63,470 nt of DNA from Candidatus Geothermincola primus (GTDB lineage: Bacteria > Actinomycetota > Geothermincolia > Geothermincolales > Geothermincolaceae): NCBI GenBank assembly GCA_015711725.1, contig JACVIX010000001.1, forward strand, positions 1 through 63,470, in the 5' to 3' direction. The position numbers were made by a program, and so were the translations under genes. The notes under the pieces were generated by a model. It was not told where the DNA came from. It searched no databases and was given only the letters and a program-made list of their open reading frames with translations. Shown here piece after piece: positions 37,992 to 47,867 of this stretch (within the stretch, counting starts at the first letter, position 1; each line of letters begins with the position of its first letter).

Positions 37992-39194
37992 CTACAGCCC
38001 CAATATAGCCACGCTGCATACGTTATTGGTGGGAACGCCCCCTAAATTATGGGTAAGGCCTAGCTCGGCGTTCTTTACCAGGCGATCCTCTGGCCAGCGA
38101 CGCAGTAACTGATTGTACATCTCGTAGATCATGCGCAGGCCCGAGGCGCCGATAGGATGACCGAAACACTTCAGGCCTCCGTCCACCTGGCAAGGCACTC
38201 CGCCGTCCAGGTCGAAGAACCCATTGAGCACGTCGTCTACCGCGCCCCCCTCTGGGGATATGTGTAAGTCTTCCATGGTCACCAGCTCGGTGATGGAGAA
38301 GCAGTCGTGTACCTCCATCATGGAGATCTCCTTACGGGGGTCCTTTATCCCTGCTTCTTGGTATGCCCGCTGGGAGGCTAACCTGGTGGTAGCCACATAG
38401 GAACCGTCCCATTTGGTATAGCCGGCCTCTTCTCCAGAAGATACCGCTATCTGCAACGCCTTAACCTTAACCATCTCCTCGTTGGGTTTGATCTTGCGGA
38501 AGATTTCCGGGGTAGTGACGATGGCCATGGCCGCACCGTCGCTCACACCACAACAGTCGAAGAGCCCCAATGGATAGGCGATCATAGGGGCGCCGGCGAT
38601 CTGCTCTTTGGATATCGCTTTACGGAGATGGGCTTTGGGGTTCTTAGCCCCGTTTTGGTGGCTCTTCCAGGAGACATGGGTCATGGCCTCTTTTATTTTT
38701 TCCATGGGGATGCCTGTGCGGGCGGAGTAGCCCGTGGCCAACTGCGCGAACATCCCCGGCGCGGTGGCATTAGGTCCGATCATCACCATCAACTGCCCGA
38801 AGGCTGGGGAATTGGGTAAACCTCCATATCCCGTGTCTTTCAGCTTCTCCACTCCCATGGCAAGAGCGATGTCGCAAGCCCCAGAGGCCACCGCATAGAC
38901 CGCTCCGCGGAAAGATTCCGTCCCCGAAGCGCAGAAATTCTCGCATCTGGTTACCGGTATCATGGGAAGGTGCAGAACGCTGGAAACGTAAGTGCCACCC
39001 TTTCCGATGTTCACTTCATCGATATGACTGCCCAGCCATGCTGCCTGAATATCTTTCTTCTCGATTTGGGCATCTTCCAAGCACTCCTTGAACGCCTCCA
39101 CCAGCAGGTCGCTGGAGTCTGCCTCGAAACGTTCCCCAAACTTGGTGCATCCCATGCCCAGGATGACTACCTTATCTTTTATTCCCTCTGCCAT
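37992..39194 (-). CDS. Acetyl-CoA acetyltransferase (SCP2/archaeal-type thiolase)
   Basis: ENFCASG, EVHDCF, GHPIGASG, HNLGG. Confidence 0.88.
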   Translation of the reverse strand: MAEGIKDKVVILGMGCTKFGERFEADSSDLLVEAFKECLEDAQIEKKDIQAAWLGSHIDEVNIGKGGTYVSSVLHLPMIPVTRCENFCASGTESFRGAVYAVASGACDIALAMGVEKLKDTGYGGLPNSPAFGQLMVMIGPNATAPGMFAQLATGYSARTGIPMEKIKEAMTHVSWKSHQNGAKNPKAHLRKAISKEQIAGAPMIAYPLGLFDCCGVSDGAAMAIVTTPEIFRKIKPNEEMVKVKALQIAVSSGEEAGYTKWDGSYVATTRLASQRAYQEAGIKDPRKEISMMEVHDCFSITELVTMEDLHISPEGGAVDDVLNGFFDLDGGVPCQVDGGLKCFGHPIGASGLRMIYEMYNQLLRRWPEDRLVKNAELGLTHNLGGVPTNNVCSVAILGL

Positions 39195-40655
39195 TTATGA
39201 CACCTCCTCCATTACTGGGACCGCCTTCCAGAAATAGAAGGTGATATCCCTCTTGGGGTCGTAGTATTTGATTCGGAAGCTAAATTCCACCGGTTTGCCC
39301 ACTGCCAGGTCCTCCAGAGTGCAGTCGGTGAAGTCCATCAGGGTACGCCCTCCGCCGTTAAAGTTCACGTTGCCGTAGATGGCTGGAGGGTTGATGGAGG
39401 CGGCCAGCAGGTCCGAGGTGAAGGTGAAGATGGTTCCGCCTTTGTCCGCAATATAAACTCGGTCCATCTCATCGATGGCGCCGCAATCCGGGTTGACGCA
39501 AATGCGCTGGGGTGGCCATTGCTGGGTGCCGCACTTACGACAGACCGTTCCCTCCAATCCTAGGATTGCCTTATGTGCTCTCCATTCCAGCGACCAGCGG
39601 GTCACGAAGTCTTCTTCGCCGCGTAAGCCGGTATCCGCGGGAGCCATATCACGCCATACTAGGTATTTCTGGTAATTATCCAATTCCGCCCTTCTGGCCA
39701 GTGATTTGGACACACGCGCGCGATCCTGTAATTTGGTGATATTATCGGTTACCTCGAAATAAATAGCGTCGCATCCATTTCCGTAGCTGACCAGCAGTAT
39801 CTTATCTCCCGGATTTACTTCTTCTAGCGCCTTGGCGAGCATTAGCAGGGCATGGGTCGCTCCGGAATCGCCTACCGTGGTCACCATATCATCCTGGACC
39901 TTTTCCGGTTCAATTCCTAATTTCGCCCCGATGCTCTTGCGAGCGCCTCCGTAATAACAGGGATAGACCACTTTGGCGAAGTCTCCCGGGGCCACGCCAT
40001 ATTTATTGCAAAGCCCTTCGATGGCTTGGGGTATGAACTGAGCGTAACCGAAGTCTCTTATCCACCGCTCTTCCCACTGTCGGTCGAATTTTGACCATGC
40101 TCCCCTCATGTGGTCCACAAAGTCGTGTGTAACCGAATAAGACCCTTTGTATTCGGCGATTACGTCGGTATCTGAAACCAACATGGCCGCACCAGCGTCG
40201 CCAAAGAACATCTCCTGAACCGAGCCCATCTTGCCCAAACGACTATCGCCAGCGCATACTATCGCATTGGAGCCGCTTCCCGCTGATACGAACTCGATGG
40301 CGGAGAGCAAGGCACTGGTTCCTGCTTTCAGGGAACCACCGAAATCCGCCGACCGGATGTCGTCCCGAGCGCAAAGAGCTCCAGCCACGATGCCTGAGTT
40401 CTGCCTCTCTTTATATGGAGCGGTGGTAGAGGCGAAGTAAACCGCATCCAGGCTTTGGCGGTCGAAACCTTTCAAGCAGTTAATACCAGCGGCTACCGCC
40501 ATGGTTAACGAATCCTCGTCGAAATTGCAGACCGCCTTCTCCCCCCTGGCGTTCATGATCAGGGCAGGGTTTAACCAACCCATAGCTCCAAAGATGATCA
40601 TTTTGTTAAGCCGGTAGCGGGGCACATAGCCTCCGTAAGAACTTATACCTACCAT
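39195..40655 (-). CDS. HMG-CoA-synthase-like protein fused to a DUF35 Zn-ribbon/OB-fold
   Basis: MVGISSYGGYVPRYRL, DEDSLTMAV, SYGNG; C-terminal CRKCG..PPQRIC..C and WKAVP. Confidence 0.85.
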   Translation of the reverse strand: MVGISSYGGYVPRYRLNKMIIFGAMGWLNPALIMNARGEKAVCNFDEDSLTMAVAAGINCLKGFDRQSLDAVYFASTTAPYKERQNSGIVAGALCARDDIRSADFGGSLKAGTSALLSAIEFVSAGSGSNAIVCAGDSRLGKMGSVQEMFFGDAGAAMLVSDTDVIAEYKGSYSVTHDFVDHMRGAWSKFDRQWEERWIRDFGYAQFIPQAIEGLCNKYGVAPGDFAKVVYPCYYGGARKSIGAKLGIEPEKVQDDMVTTVGDSGATHALLMLAKALEEVNPGDKILLVSYGNGCDAIYFEVTDNITKLQDRARVSKSLARRAELDNYQKYLVWRDMAPADTGLRGEEDFVTRWSLEWRAHKAILGLEGTVCRKCGTQQWPPQRICVNPDCGAIDEMDRVYIADKGGTIFTFTSDLLAASINPPAIYGNVNFNGGGRTLMDFTDCTLEDLAVGKPVEFSFRIKYYDPKRDITFYFWKAVPVMEEVS

Positions 40656-40725
40656 TTCATTACTCCCTCCTTTTCTTCTAGATAATCACTCTCCGATCCC
40701 TTTTTGCATATGTTACTGAAGACGT

Positions 40726-41061
40726 TTATGCGAAACTTACTTCATAAAAGTGGGGATATATCCGTCTTAGTTCTTTCTCTATATCTTTCTTCTCGCTTTC
40801 CTCGACGATGCGCTCAACCTCCGATACCCAGAGGCCATTGGGAGTTTGGCGGTCTTTAAGAGAGAGGATATATCCGGGCACGAAAATAAATCCTAGTCCT
40901 CCAGATCCGCAACAAGAAGTCTCCACTACAGCCATCTTTACTTCGTAAAGTACCCTTCGGCCATTATATTCTAACACATCTTCTTCAAGAACCGTATAGT
41001 ATCCGGCTATGCTACGGACCTCTTCACCTATCTTTTGATGTACGTGCTCAAATTTGTTCAT
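40726..41061 (-). CDS. Hypothetical protein
   Basis: 111 aa ORF with SCCGSGG motif, co-oriented with neighbours. Confidence 0.6.
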   Translation of the reverse strand: MNKFEHVHQKIGEEVRSIAGYYTVLEEDVLEYNGRRVLYEVKMAVVETSCCGSGGLGFIFVPGYILSLKDRQTPNGLWVSEVERIVEESEKKDIEKELRRIYPHFYEVSFA

Positions 41062-41255
41062 TTTAGATGTATTGATCTAACCTTTCCAATGCGTTTTCCC
41101 AAAGACGCTTTACCATATAATAATAACTCATTCTGAAGTGCTTTCTAGTCCCGCTCCATTGAGGGGACAAGCGATGAGAGTTAAGACGGCATTTGATAAC
41201 CGTCGGCCTAATTTTGTACGCCATTCTTAAACCAGTTCTTGTAAATTCCACATTC

Positions 41256-42917
41256 CTATTGCTGCGGCGATAAGGCCCCCTCGGTAAATGTGCAATTGGG
41301 ATCCCAAAGTAGCCATTCCTCTATTCCCAGGTCGTAACAGGCTTGAATCTGTGCCTTCACCTCTTTGGGGCCGTAATTTATTTTGAGGGAAAAGTCCTGC
41401 AGCCATGGGCGCAGTTTGCAACCGGTTCCCTCTATTTTCTTCTTAAAGTCCACCAAGCTCTTATACACGGTCTCGTAAGGGTTTGCCTCGGGAACGCGGA
41501 TATTGTATTCCCCCAAATGATAGTGGGAAGGGTAGACCATGGGGGATAAGTAATCCACGGAGGACGCGATGGCGGTCACATCTTGGCCAATGCCCATACT
41601 TCCTTGACCGGAGGCGGTCAAACCGAAGAGATCGATGGACAACACCACCCCCAAGGGCTTTAGGTTCTCCGCGAGGAACCTACAGAAGTCGGTGATGACT
41701 TCCTCTTTAGCCCTACCATCGTTGTGAGGGAATACACAGGTGGTAGTATCTCCATCGGAGGGAAAACGCACATAGTCGAATTGGATCTCGTCGAACCCGT
41801 TAGCAGCCGCTTCTTTAGCCAGATCCAGGATATAATTCCATACCTCCTTGCTGTAAGGGTCCAGCCATTGCCCGTTGCCCCAAGGTTTCCCGCGCTTGTC
41901 TTGAACCGCCAAATCAGGCCTTTTTTTGGCCAGGACGGGGTCTTTAAAACAGACGATGCGGGCTATCGTATATATGTCTTTATACCAGCATTTATCCATA
42001 ACCTTACCCAGGTCAATTCCCCCTTTGGTCATATCCAACCCGAGTTGGTTAGCTAATTCTACGGAGCTGTCATAACCCACTCGGCCGGATTCGTCTTTGG
42101 TGTCTATCTCTAAAGAGTTAAGTTCAGTTCTCTCTACCAATGAAACTAAGTTGGCGAAGAGCTTACTGTCGGCGGCGACCCATATGGATACGTGCACTCC
42201 TTTTATCTTGGGAATTGGCGTGGTCTTTAAGGAAATCTGCTGGTGGTTACCTGCCACGTCTGTAGCTTCTAAGTTAACCATGGGATAGTCATAGCGGTTT
42301 ACTATGAAGCTGAATAGACCTTCCCTATCAAAAGAAATTTGTTTACCTTCCAGTTTTAACGAAACCGCTTCCTCTACCCTTCCTTTTATTGCAGTTATAC
42401 CGTCATCGCGCACCTCCATCTGTTCAATAGTTATCTGAGGAGGCGTGGTGTCCACCATGAAATCGCTTCTTTTCTCGCATTTTCCTTTATAGACAACTTC
42501 CAGGCGATGAACTCCGTCTTTAATGTCTACCTTACCGGTGATCTCCTGAGGCTGTTCCATATTCATTTCTGCGGTACGGTCCTCGCCATCTATGAGGATG
42601 GATAAGAATGAAGGCTCATATTTCTGCCCGATGTCAATTTTCACAGACACTGGGTTGGATGTTATCACCGCTCTGTTAGAGGGTTCTATCTTCCTTATCA
42701 GAGGGGAGCGTAGGACGATAATCAGCAGAATTATAAGAAATATTATGGCGGCGAGAATGCCTAGATTTAACCAGCCCTTTCTGGTAATGCGGTATCTTCT
42801 TTTGAATTTGGGTTGCGTTTTCTTGGCGACTAGCTTATGGGAGACTGCGCCGGTCATCCGGCGTACCCTCCGTTTTCTAGAGAAGATTCTCCTTCGGTCA
42901 ACCCTGCTGGCGTACAT
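41256..42917 (-). CDS. Membrane-anchored putative glycoside hydrolase (DUF4015)
   Basis: IARIVCFKD, GFDEIQFDYVRFP, PMVYPSHY, RPWLQDF; N-terminal TM helix and Ig-like domains. Confidence 0.85.
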   Translation of the reverse strand: MYASRVDRRRIFSRKRRVRRMTGAVSHKLVAKKTQPKFKRRYRITRKGWLNLGILAAIIFLIILLIIVLRSPLIRKIEPSNRAVITSNPVSVKIDIGQKYEPSFLSILIDGEDRTAEMNMEQPQEITGKVDIKDGVHRLEVVYKGKCEKRSDFMVDTTPPQITIEQMEVRDDGITAIKGRVEEAVSLKLEGKQISFDREGLFSFIVNRYDYPMVNLEATDVAGNHQQISLKTTPIPKIKGVHVSIWVAADSKLFANLVSLVERTELNSLEIDTKDESGRVGYDSSVELANQLGLDMTKGGIDLGKVMDKCWYKDIYTIARIVCFKDPVLAKKRPDLAVQDKRGKPWGNGQWLDPYSKEVWNYILDLAKEAAANGFDEIQFDYVRFPSDGDTTTCVFPHNDGRAKEEVITDFCRFLAENLKPLGVVLSIDLFGLTASGQGSMGIGQDVTAIASSVDYLSPMVYPSHYHLGEYNIRVPEANPYETVYKSLVDFKKKIEGTGCKLRPWLQDFSLKINYGPKEVKAQIQACYDLGIEEWLLWDPNCTFTEGALSPQQ

Positions 42918-42945
42918 CTATAGGGTGATTCCTTCCTGTCTCCAA

Positions 42946-44034
42946 TCAGTAAGTTCTCAACTTCTTTTCCCCCAGGGACGCTTGGTTGACCCGGGGCAGC
43001 ATGTGTTTAGGCACTGTTATGACATTGGGATCGCCGTCGCTCACATATCTCCTCTCCGGATTTTCTCGGAAGTATTGAAGCCATGCTTCCGATCCACACC
43101 TTCCTGAGTCAAGGGACGGGTGCAGCGCCTGTATTCGTGGGAGGCGCATGGGGTTGAAACTATAATCAACAGGGGATGGCGCGGGTTGAGCCCCCACAAG
43201 AAGGGAGGAGAGAAAATGATACTCCACATCCTCAAATTTCCCTGAGGTTAAAATGGATGGGTCCTTTGGCTCCGCACCCAGAGGAAGAGCTATACTTTTC
43301 TCCTCATAATCTTTAAGATACTTCCTCACCATTTGTATGTTCATGACGATCTCCTGGACCGCTTTCTCATTGGATAGGTTGGAGAGTTGGAGATGATTGT
43401 AAGTATGGTTGCCAATATCATAACCGTGTTCCACAAGGTATTTTAACTTAGCCTCGATGTATTCCTCCTGGCCGAAGAGGGAGGGGAGTACGTAAAAAGT
43501 CGCAGTCATGTTGAAGTCAGGGTGCTGTTTGGAGAACTCTTCCATGATGCCTACGGCACAGTTAGGGTCGATTGCCAGCTTGTCGCCTTCCTTTATATAT
43601 TTAAACTGGCTGATGGTGGAGTCGTCGAAGGTTAATATTACTGGGGTGTAACCCGCGGGTACCTTAATATTGTTGGTAACGTAGTCTTTAAGGCTGATAC
43701 AGCGGTAATTCTCATCGTAAAGCGTCTGCAGGTCTTTGCGGAAATTTTCCACGCTCCGCGACCATCTGCCTTCCTCTCCAATGGTATGGTATTCCAAAAC
43801 CATAACCGATCCCAACTCATTTACCTTCATCCGGTTGAGGTCAGCTAGGATGGAGCCCTCCATGATGGTGCTCTCCAGTTGACTGCCTGCGTCATTTCCA
43901 ATTACTAGCGTAAGCACCAGTGTGAGCACTACAACGATTATCAAAATCGATATGACTATATAGAATCGAGGGGTGAATTTGACCTTTTTCACGGGTCTTC
44001 TTCGGGCTGTAGGTTTTTCCCAAGTTTCCTCCAT
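42946..44034 (-). CDS. Membrane-anchored polysaccharide deacetylase
   Basis: VLEYH, LTFDD, GNHTYNH. Confidence 0.85.
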   Translation of the reverse strand: MEETWEKPTARRRPVKKVKFTPRFYIVISILIIVVVLTLVLTLVIGNDAGSQLESTIMEGSILADLNRMKVNELGSVMVLEYHTIGEEGRWSRSVENFRKDLQTLYDENYRCISLKDYVTNNIKVPAGYTPVILTFDDSTISQFKYIKEGDKLAIDPNCAVGIMEEFSKQHPDFNMTATFYVLPSLFGQEEYIEAKLKYLVEHGYDIGNHTYNHLQLSNLSNEKAVQEIVMNIQMVRKYLKDYEEKSIALPLGAEPKDPSILTSGKFEDVEYHFLSSLLVGAQPAPSPVDYSFNPMRLPRIQALHPSLDSGRCGSEAWLQYFRENPERRYVSDGDPNVITVPKHMLPRVNQASLGEKKLRTY

Positions 44035-44361
44035 AAATCCTCCTTATAAGTAAAAATAGTTTATCATTAGAGGTCATTTTTTCAAATAACCGGCACTCGC
44101 TCCATGATTTTGGACATTTCAAACTACCCGCAAGTTCCTGATAAATGTATGAGCTTCTTATAAGGTCGGGGACCACCCACTGGAGTAACCCTTGATTATT
44201 TTATAAAAAGCGGTATGGCGTTTGAATTGTTTATAAGCCGCCATCCTATCACTAACATTGACTAACGCATGGCCTTTTGACCTGTTTTTTTCCATGAAAT
44301 TCCAAATAGAAACCATATCTGCAGATATTGATTTTATCCGCGAATATGACATAATAAATAA

Positions 44362-44429
44362 ACGAAAAAAGGCATGACAGGCGACCTGAGAAGGTCGGCA
44401 CCCAGCCTCGGGGTGCCGATTGTTTGTTT
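44362..44429 (+). promoter_or_regulatory. Structured 5' leader of pabABC with a terminator-like hairpin
   Basis: CGACCT-GAGA-AGGTCG overlapping TCGGCACCC-N7-GGGTGCCGA plus TTGTTTGTTT, 25 nt before pabA. Confidence 0.5.
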
Positions 44430-44454
44430 ATGACGATAAAGAGCTGGAGGCTGG

Positions 44455-45048
44455 ATGAACGGGCAGGTTTATAATAAGAGAATCTTGATGGTGGACAACT
44501 ACGATTCCTTCACCTATAACTTGGTTCAGTTTATGGGCATACTAGGAGCCGAACTCATTGTATTTCGCAATGATCATATGACCTTGCGACAAGTGATAGA
44601 GTTAAAACCACAGGGCATTGTTATATCCCCAGGTCCTAAAGCTCCCAGGGATGCGGGCATATCAAAGGAAGTCATAATGGAAATGGGTGCGCGAATTCCT
44701 ATTCTGGGAGTTTGTCTGGGGCATCAATGCATCGGAGAGGTTTTTGGGGGAAAGGTGGGTAGAGCGCCCTATGTTATGCACGGAAAAACCTCCACCATTT
44801 ACCATGATGGAAGGGGCATTTTCAAAGGTTTGAAAAATCCACTGAAAGCGGCACGCTATCACTCATTAATAGTTTACGAAGAGGGGCTTCCGGCCAGTTT
44901 GGAGATAACCAGTAGGACCGAGGACGGAATAATCATGGGGCTGAGGCATAAAGAATACCCTATCGAAGGCATACAATTTCATCCCGAGTCTTTTATGACC
45001 GAGGAAGGGATGGCCATTTTGAAAAATTTCCTGGAGGCATGTCCATGA
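44455..45048 (+). CDS. pabA: Aminodeoxychorismate/anthranilate synthase component II
   Basis: DNYDSFTYNL, SPGP, GVCLGHQ, QFHPES. Confidence 0.88.
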   Translation: MNGQVYNKRILMVDNYDSFTYNLVQFMGILGAELIVFRNDHMTLRQVIELKPQGIVISPGPKAPRDAGISKEVIMEMGARIPILGVCLGHQCIGEVFGGKVGRAPYVMHGKTSTIYHDGRGIFKGLKNPLKAARYHSLIVYEEGLPASLEITSRTEDGIIMGLRHKEYPIEGIQFHPESFMTEEGMAILKNFLEACP

Positions 45049-46454
45049 AAGGGATTGTACAGGAAAAATCGTGCATTCTGCATGTGGAGATAGAGGAGAT
45101 AAAGGATCCTCAAGCTCCTGAGGAACTCTTCGAAAAGCTAGCATTACTGCCCTACTCGACATTTCTTGATTCCAGCCTGAGGATGCCAGGCTACGGGGAG
45201 CACTCTTTTATCGGTTTCCATCCCTATCTGGTTATAAGCTTTAAAAATAATGTAACCACGTATTTTTCCAGGGAGCATGGGCAGGGAACCGCCAAAGGTC
45301 ATCCTCTGCAAATTTTAAGAGAAGCGCTTTATTCCAGGCGGATAGAGTTGGACGACCCCCGTCTTCCTCCTTTTATCGGTGGGGGGGTGGGCTATCTATC
45401 CTATGAGCTTGGCCGCTATATAGAAAAGCTTCCCGCCACGGTTGTGGACGATTATCAACTTCCGGAGATGGTGTTCGCATTTTACGATAAGGTAATAGCC
45501 TACGATCACAATACGCGGAAATCCTATTTAGTGGTAAGTTCGCCTGATAACCCCTCGGAAGAGGTGGCTAGGGCATGGAAGATCCTGGAGGGACCCGCCC
45601 CGGTCTTTCGCTGGGAGAAAAAGGGAAAAGAGCCGGTATTTTCCTCTAATTTCACCAAGGAACAGTATTTGGAAGCGGTACGCAGAGTTATCGAGTACAT
45701 AAAAGCTGGCGATATTTACCAAGCTAACCTTTCCCAGAGATTTAACACTACTCTGAGAATCCATCCGTGGAAGATGTACAAGCGATTACGCCAGGTTAAC
45801 GCCGCTCCTTTCTCTGCCTATCTCAATCTGAGAGAGGCGCAGGTGTGCTCCTCTTCGCCGGAGCGTTTTTTAAAGATAGATGGGGATCTGGTGGAAACCC
45901 GACCTATTAAGGGGACAAGACGCCGCTCCCCCGATCCACGGGAAGATCGCCGGCTTAAAGAGGAACTTCAATCGAGCGCCAAAGATAGGGCAGAGCTTTC
46001 CATGATCGTGGACTTGGAACGCAACGATCTTGGCAGGACCTGCGAATATGGCAGTGTACGCGTTAGGGAACATGCGGTAATCGAGTCATATGCCACTGTT
46101 CACCATCTGGTTTCCACGGTAGAAGGAAGGTTGCATAAAGGGAAAGACGAAATCGATCTCCTGCGTGCCACTTTCCCCGGAGGATCGATTACCGGGGCGC
46201 CCAAGATAAGGTCGATGGAGATAATCGACGAACTGGAACCAACTGCCAGAAGCGTATACACCGGCTCCATAGGTTATCTGGGTTTCAACGGAAAAAGCGA
46301 TTTAAACATCGCTATCCGTACCATTATTGTCCTAGGTGACCAGGCATATTTCCAAGTGGGAGGAGGCATAGTAGCGGATTCGTCACCAGAGGACGAGTAT
46401 GAGGAGACTTTACATAAGGGCAAAGCTCTATTTGAAGCCTTAAGTTCTCTTTAA
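45039..46454 (+). CDS. pabB: Aminodeoxychorismate synthase component I
   Basis: GDIYQANLS, SPERF, PIKGT (PabB-type Lys), FPGGSITGAPK. Confidence 0.9.
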   Translation: MSMKGIVQEKSCILHVEIEEIKDPQAPEELFEKLALLPYSTFLDSSLRMPGYGEHSFIGFHPYLVISFKNNVTTYFSREHGQGTAKGHPLQILREALYSRRIELDDPRLPPFIGGGVGYLSYELGRYIEKLPATVVDDYQLPEMVFAFYDKVIAYDHNTRKSYLVVSSPDNPSEEVARAWKILEGPAPVFRWEKKGKEPVFSSNFTKEQYLEAVRRVIEYIKAGDIYQANLSQRFNTTLRIHPWKMYKRLRQVNAAPFSAYLNLREAQVCSSSPERFLKIDGDLVETRPIKGTRRRSPDPREDRRLKEELQSSAKDRAELSMIVDLERNDLGRTCEYGSVRVREHAVIESYATVHHLVSTVEGRLHKGKDEIDLLRATFPGGSITGAPKIRSMEIIDELEPTARSVYTGSIGYLGFNGKSDLNIAIRTIIVLGDQAYFQVGGGIVADSSPEDEYEETLHKGKALFEALSSL

Positions 46455-46555
46455 AAATCGCAACTCTTTAAGACTCATTTGAGAAGTTCATCTCTGGATG
46501 GGAATGATAAGGCGGCAAATGGGATTGATTATCGAAAATAAGCGAGGGTATAGAG

Positions 46556-47413
46556 TTGGGTTATTGCTATCTTAACGGTAGGTTCCTTTCGGAGGAAGAA
46601 TCCCGCATATCCTGCCTTGATCGGGGTTTCCTCTACGGGGATGGCCTCTTCGAGACGCTCCCGGCTTACCGGGGTGTTCCCTTTCTCTTAGATAGACATT
46701 TTCGGCGACTGGAAAAGTCATGCGAAGCCCTCAGACTGATTCCTCCCAACGAGAAAGAATTGAAAGATATAGTTCGCAAACTGTTGGAGATGAACGGGAT
46801 AGAATGTGGCTACATCCGCGTGACCCTCACCCGAGGTAAGCATCTTGGTGATTTAAGTTTGACCGTGCCGGATAGCCCCACCATTCTAGTGGTGGCGAGA
46901 GAATATGCGGGATATCCCGAGCGATATTACTTGGATGGAATTCGCGTCGGGATGTCCAACATAAGGCGAAACCCCGACTCTCCTTTATCTCGGCTCAAGA
47001 CCTTGAATTACCTGGAATCCTTGATGGCTAGAAGCGAAGCTACGGAGCGGGAAGCGGAAGAAGTTCTCCTTCTCAATACCAAAGGAAAGGTTGCCGAGGC
47101 TTCCACCGCCAACATATTTTGGGCTTGCGGCGATAAGGTTTATACTCCCTCGGAGGAGTGCGGAGTATTGCCCGGGATAGTCCGGGGTTGGGTGCTGGAA
47201 AAAGCAGGAGAGCGCGGTTTAGAAACGGAAGTGGGTGAATTTCCCCTATCTCATCTTGAGAAAGCGGAGGAGATTTTCCTGACCAACTCGCTTATGGGTA
47301 TCATGCCAGTCCGTCAATTTCGAGGAAGGGATCTCACCGCGGAATGTCCAGGGCCAATTACCCGGATGTTGATGGAGATTTATAATAAGGAGCTTTCTTC
47401 CCTGGGTAGATGA
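46556..47413 (+). CDS. pabC: Class IV aminotransferase, probably aminodeoxychorismate lyase
   Basis: DRGFLYGDGLFET, KTLNY, EASTANIF, LPGIVR; follows pabAB. Confidence 0.75.
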   Translation: MGYCYLNGRFLSEEESRISCLDRGFLYGDGLFETLPAYRGVPFLLDRHFRRLEKSCEALRLIPPNEKELKDIVRKLLEMNGIECGYIRVTLTRGKHLGDLSLTVPDSPTILVVAREYAGYPERYYLDGIRVGMSNIRRNPDSPLSRLKTLNYLESLMARSEATEREAEEVLLLNTKGKVAEASTANIFWACGDKVYTPSEECGVLPGIVRGWVLEKAGERGLETEVGEFPLSHLEKAEEIFLTNSLMGIMPVRQFRGRDLTAECPGPITRMLMEIYNKELSSLGR

Positions 47414-47867
47414 TTCTACATTTTTGGGATTGCCATCTTTTATTTACGGGAATGGGCGTATGGGGTTCTCTCGCAGGATGAAAATTTTCCGCTCTCGCCC
47501 TTGGAGGATATCTAGAATCGTTAAGCAGACTACTTTTGAGACCCCCAAGCCGTAGGGGAATCCAAGAAAGAAGAGAAGATTCCAGGGGTCGATTCTTCCA
47601 TTTCATACCAATTTTGTGGGGTCAATAGTTAGACATAAAAAAATAATATGGTGTAAAATAAATAAACAATCCCCCCTCTTTTGCTTTATGAATGTAGCTC
47701 GGTCTTTCTTCGGCATTTTCCCAAAATTTTCTATAAAAACCACGAAAAAGGTCTGCGATGCGAAAGCGGCCGCGTGTGTTTAACTTTAGCGTGTTTTCTT
47801 ATAATCTAACTGAAGAATTGGTATTGAAGTATATCGTTTAAGATATCGTTGAGAGAAGAATTATTAA

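Noticed and set aside
44374..44433. 19-codon uORF in the pab leader as a Trp-type attenuator peptide
   Set aside because: No Trp, Phe or Tyr codons and no properly spaced SD
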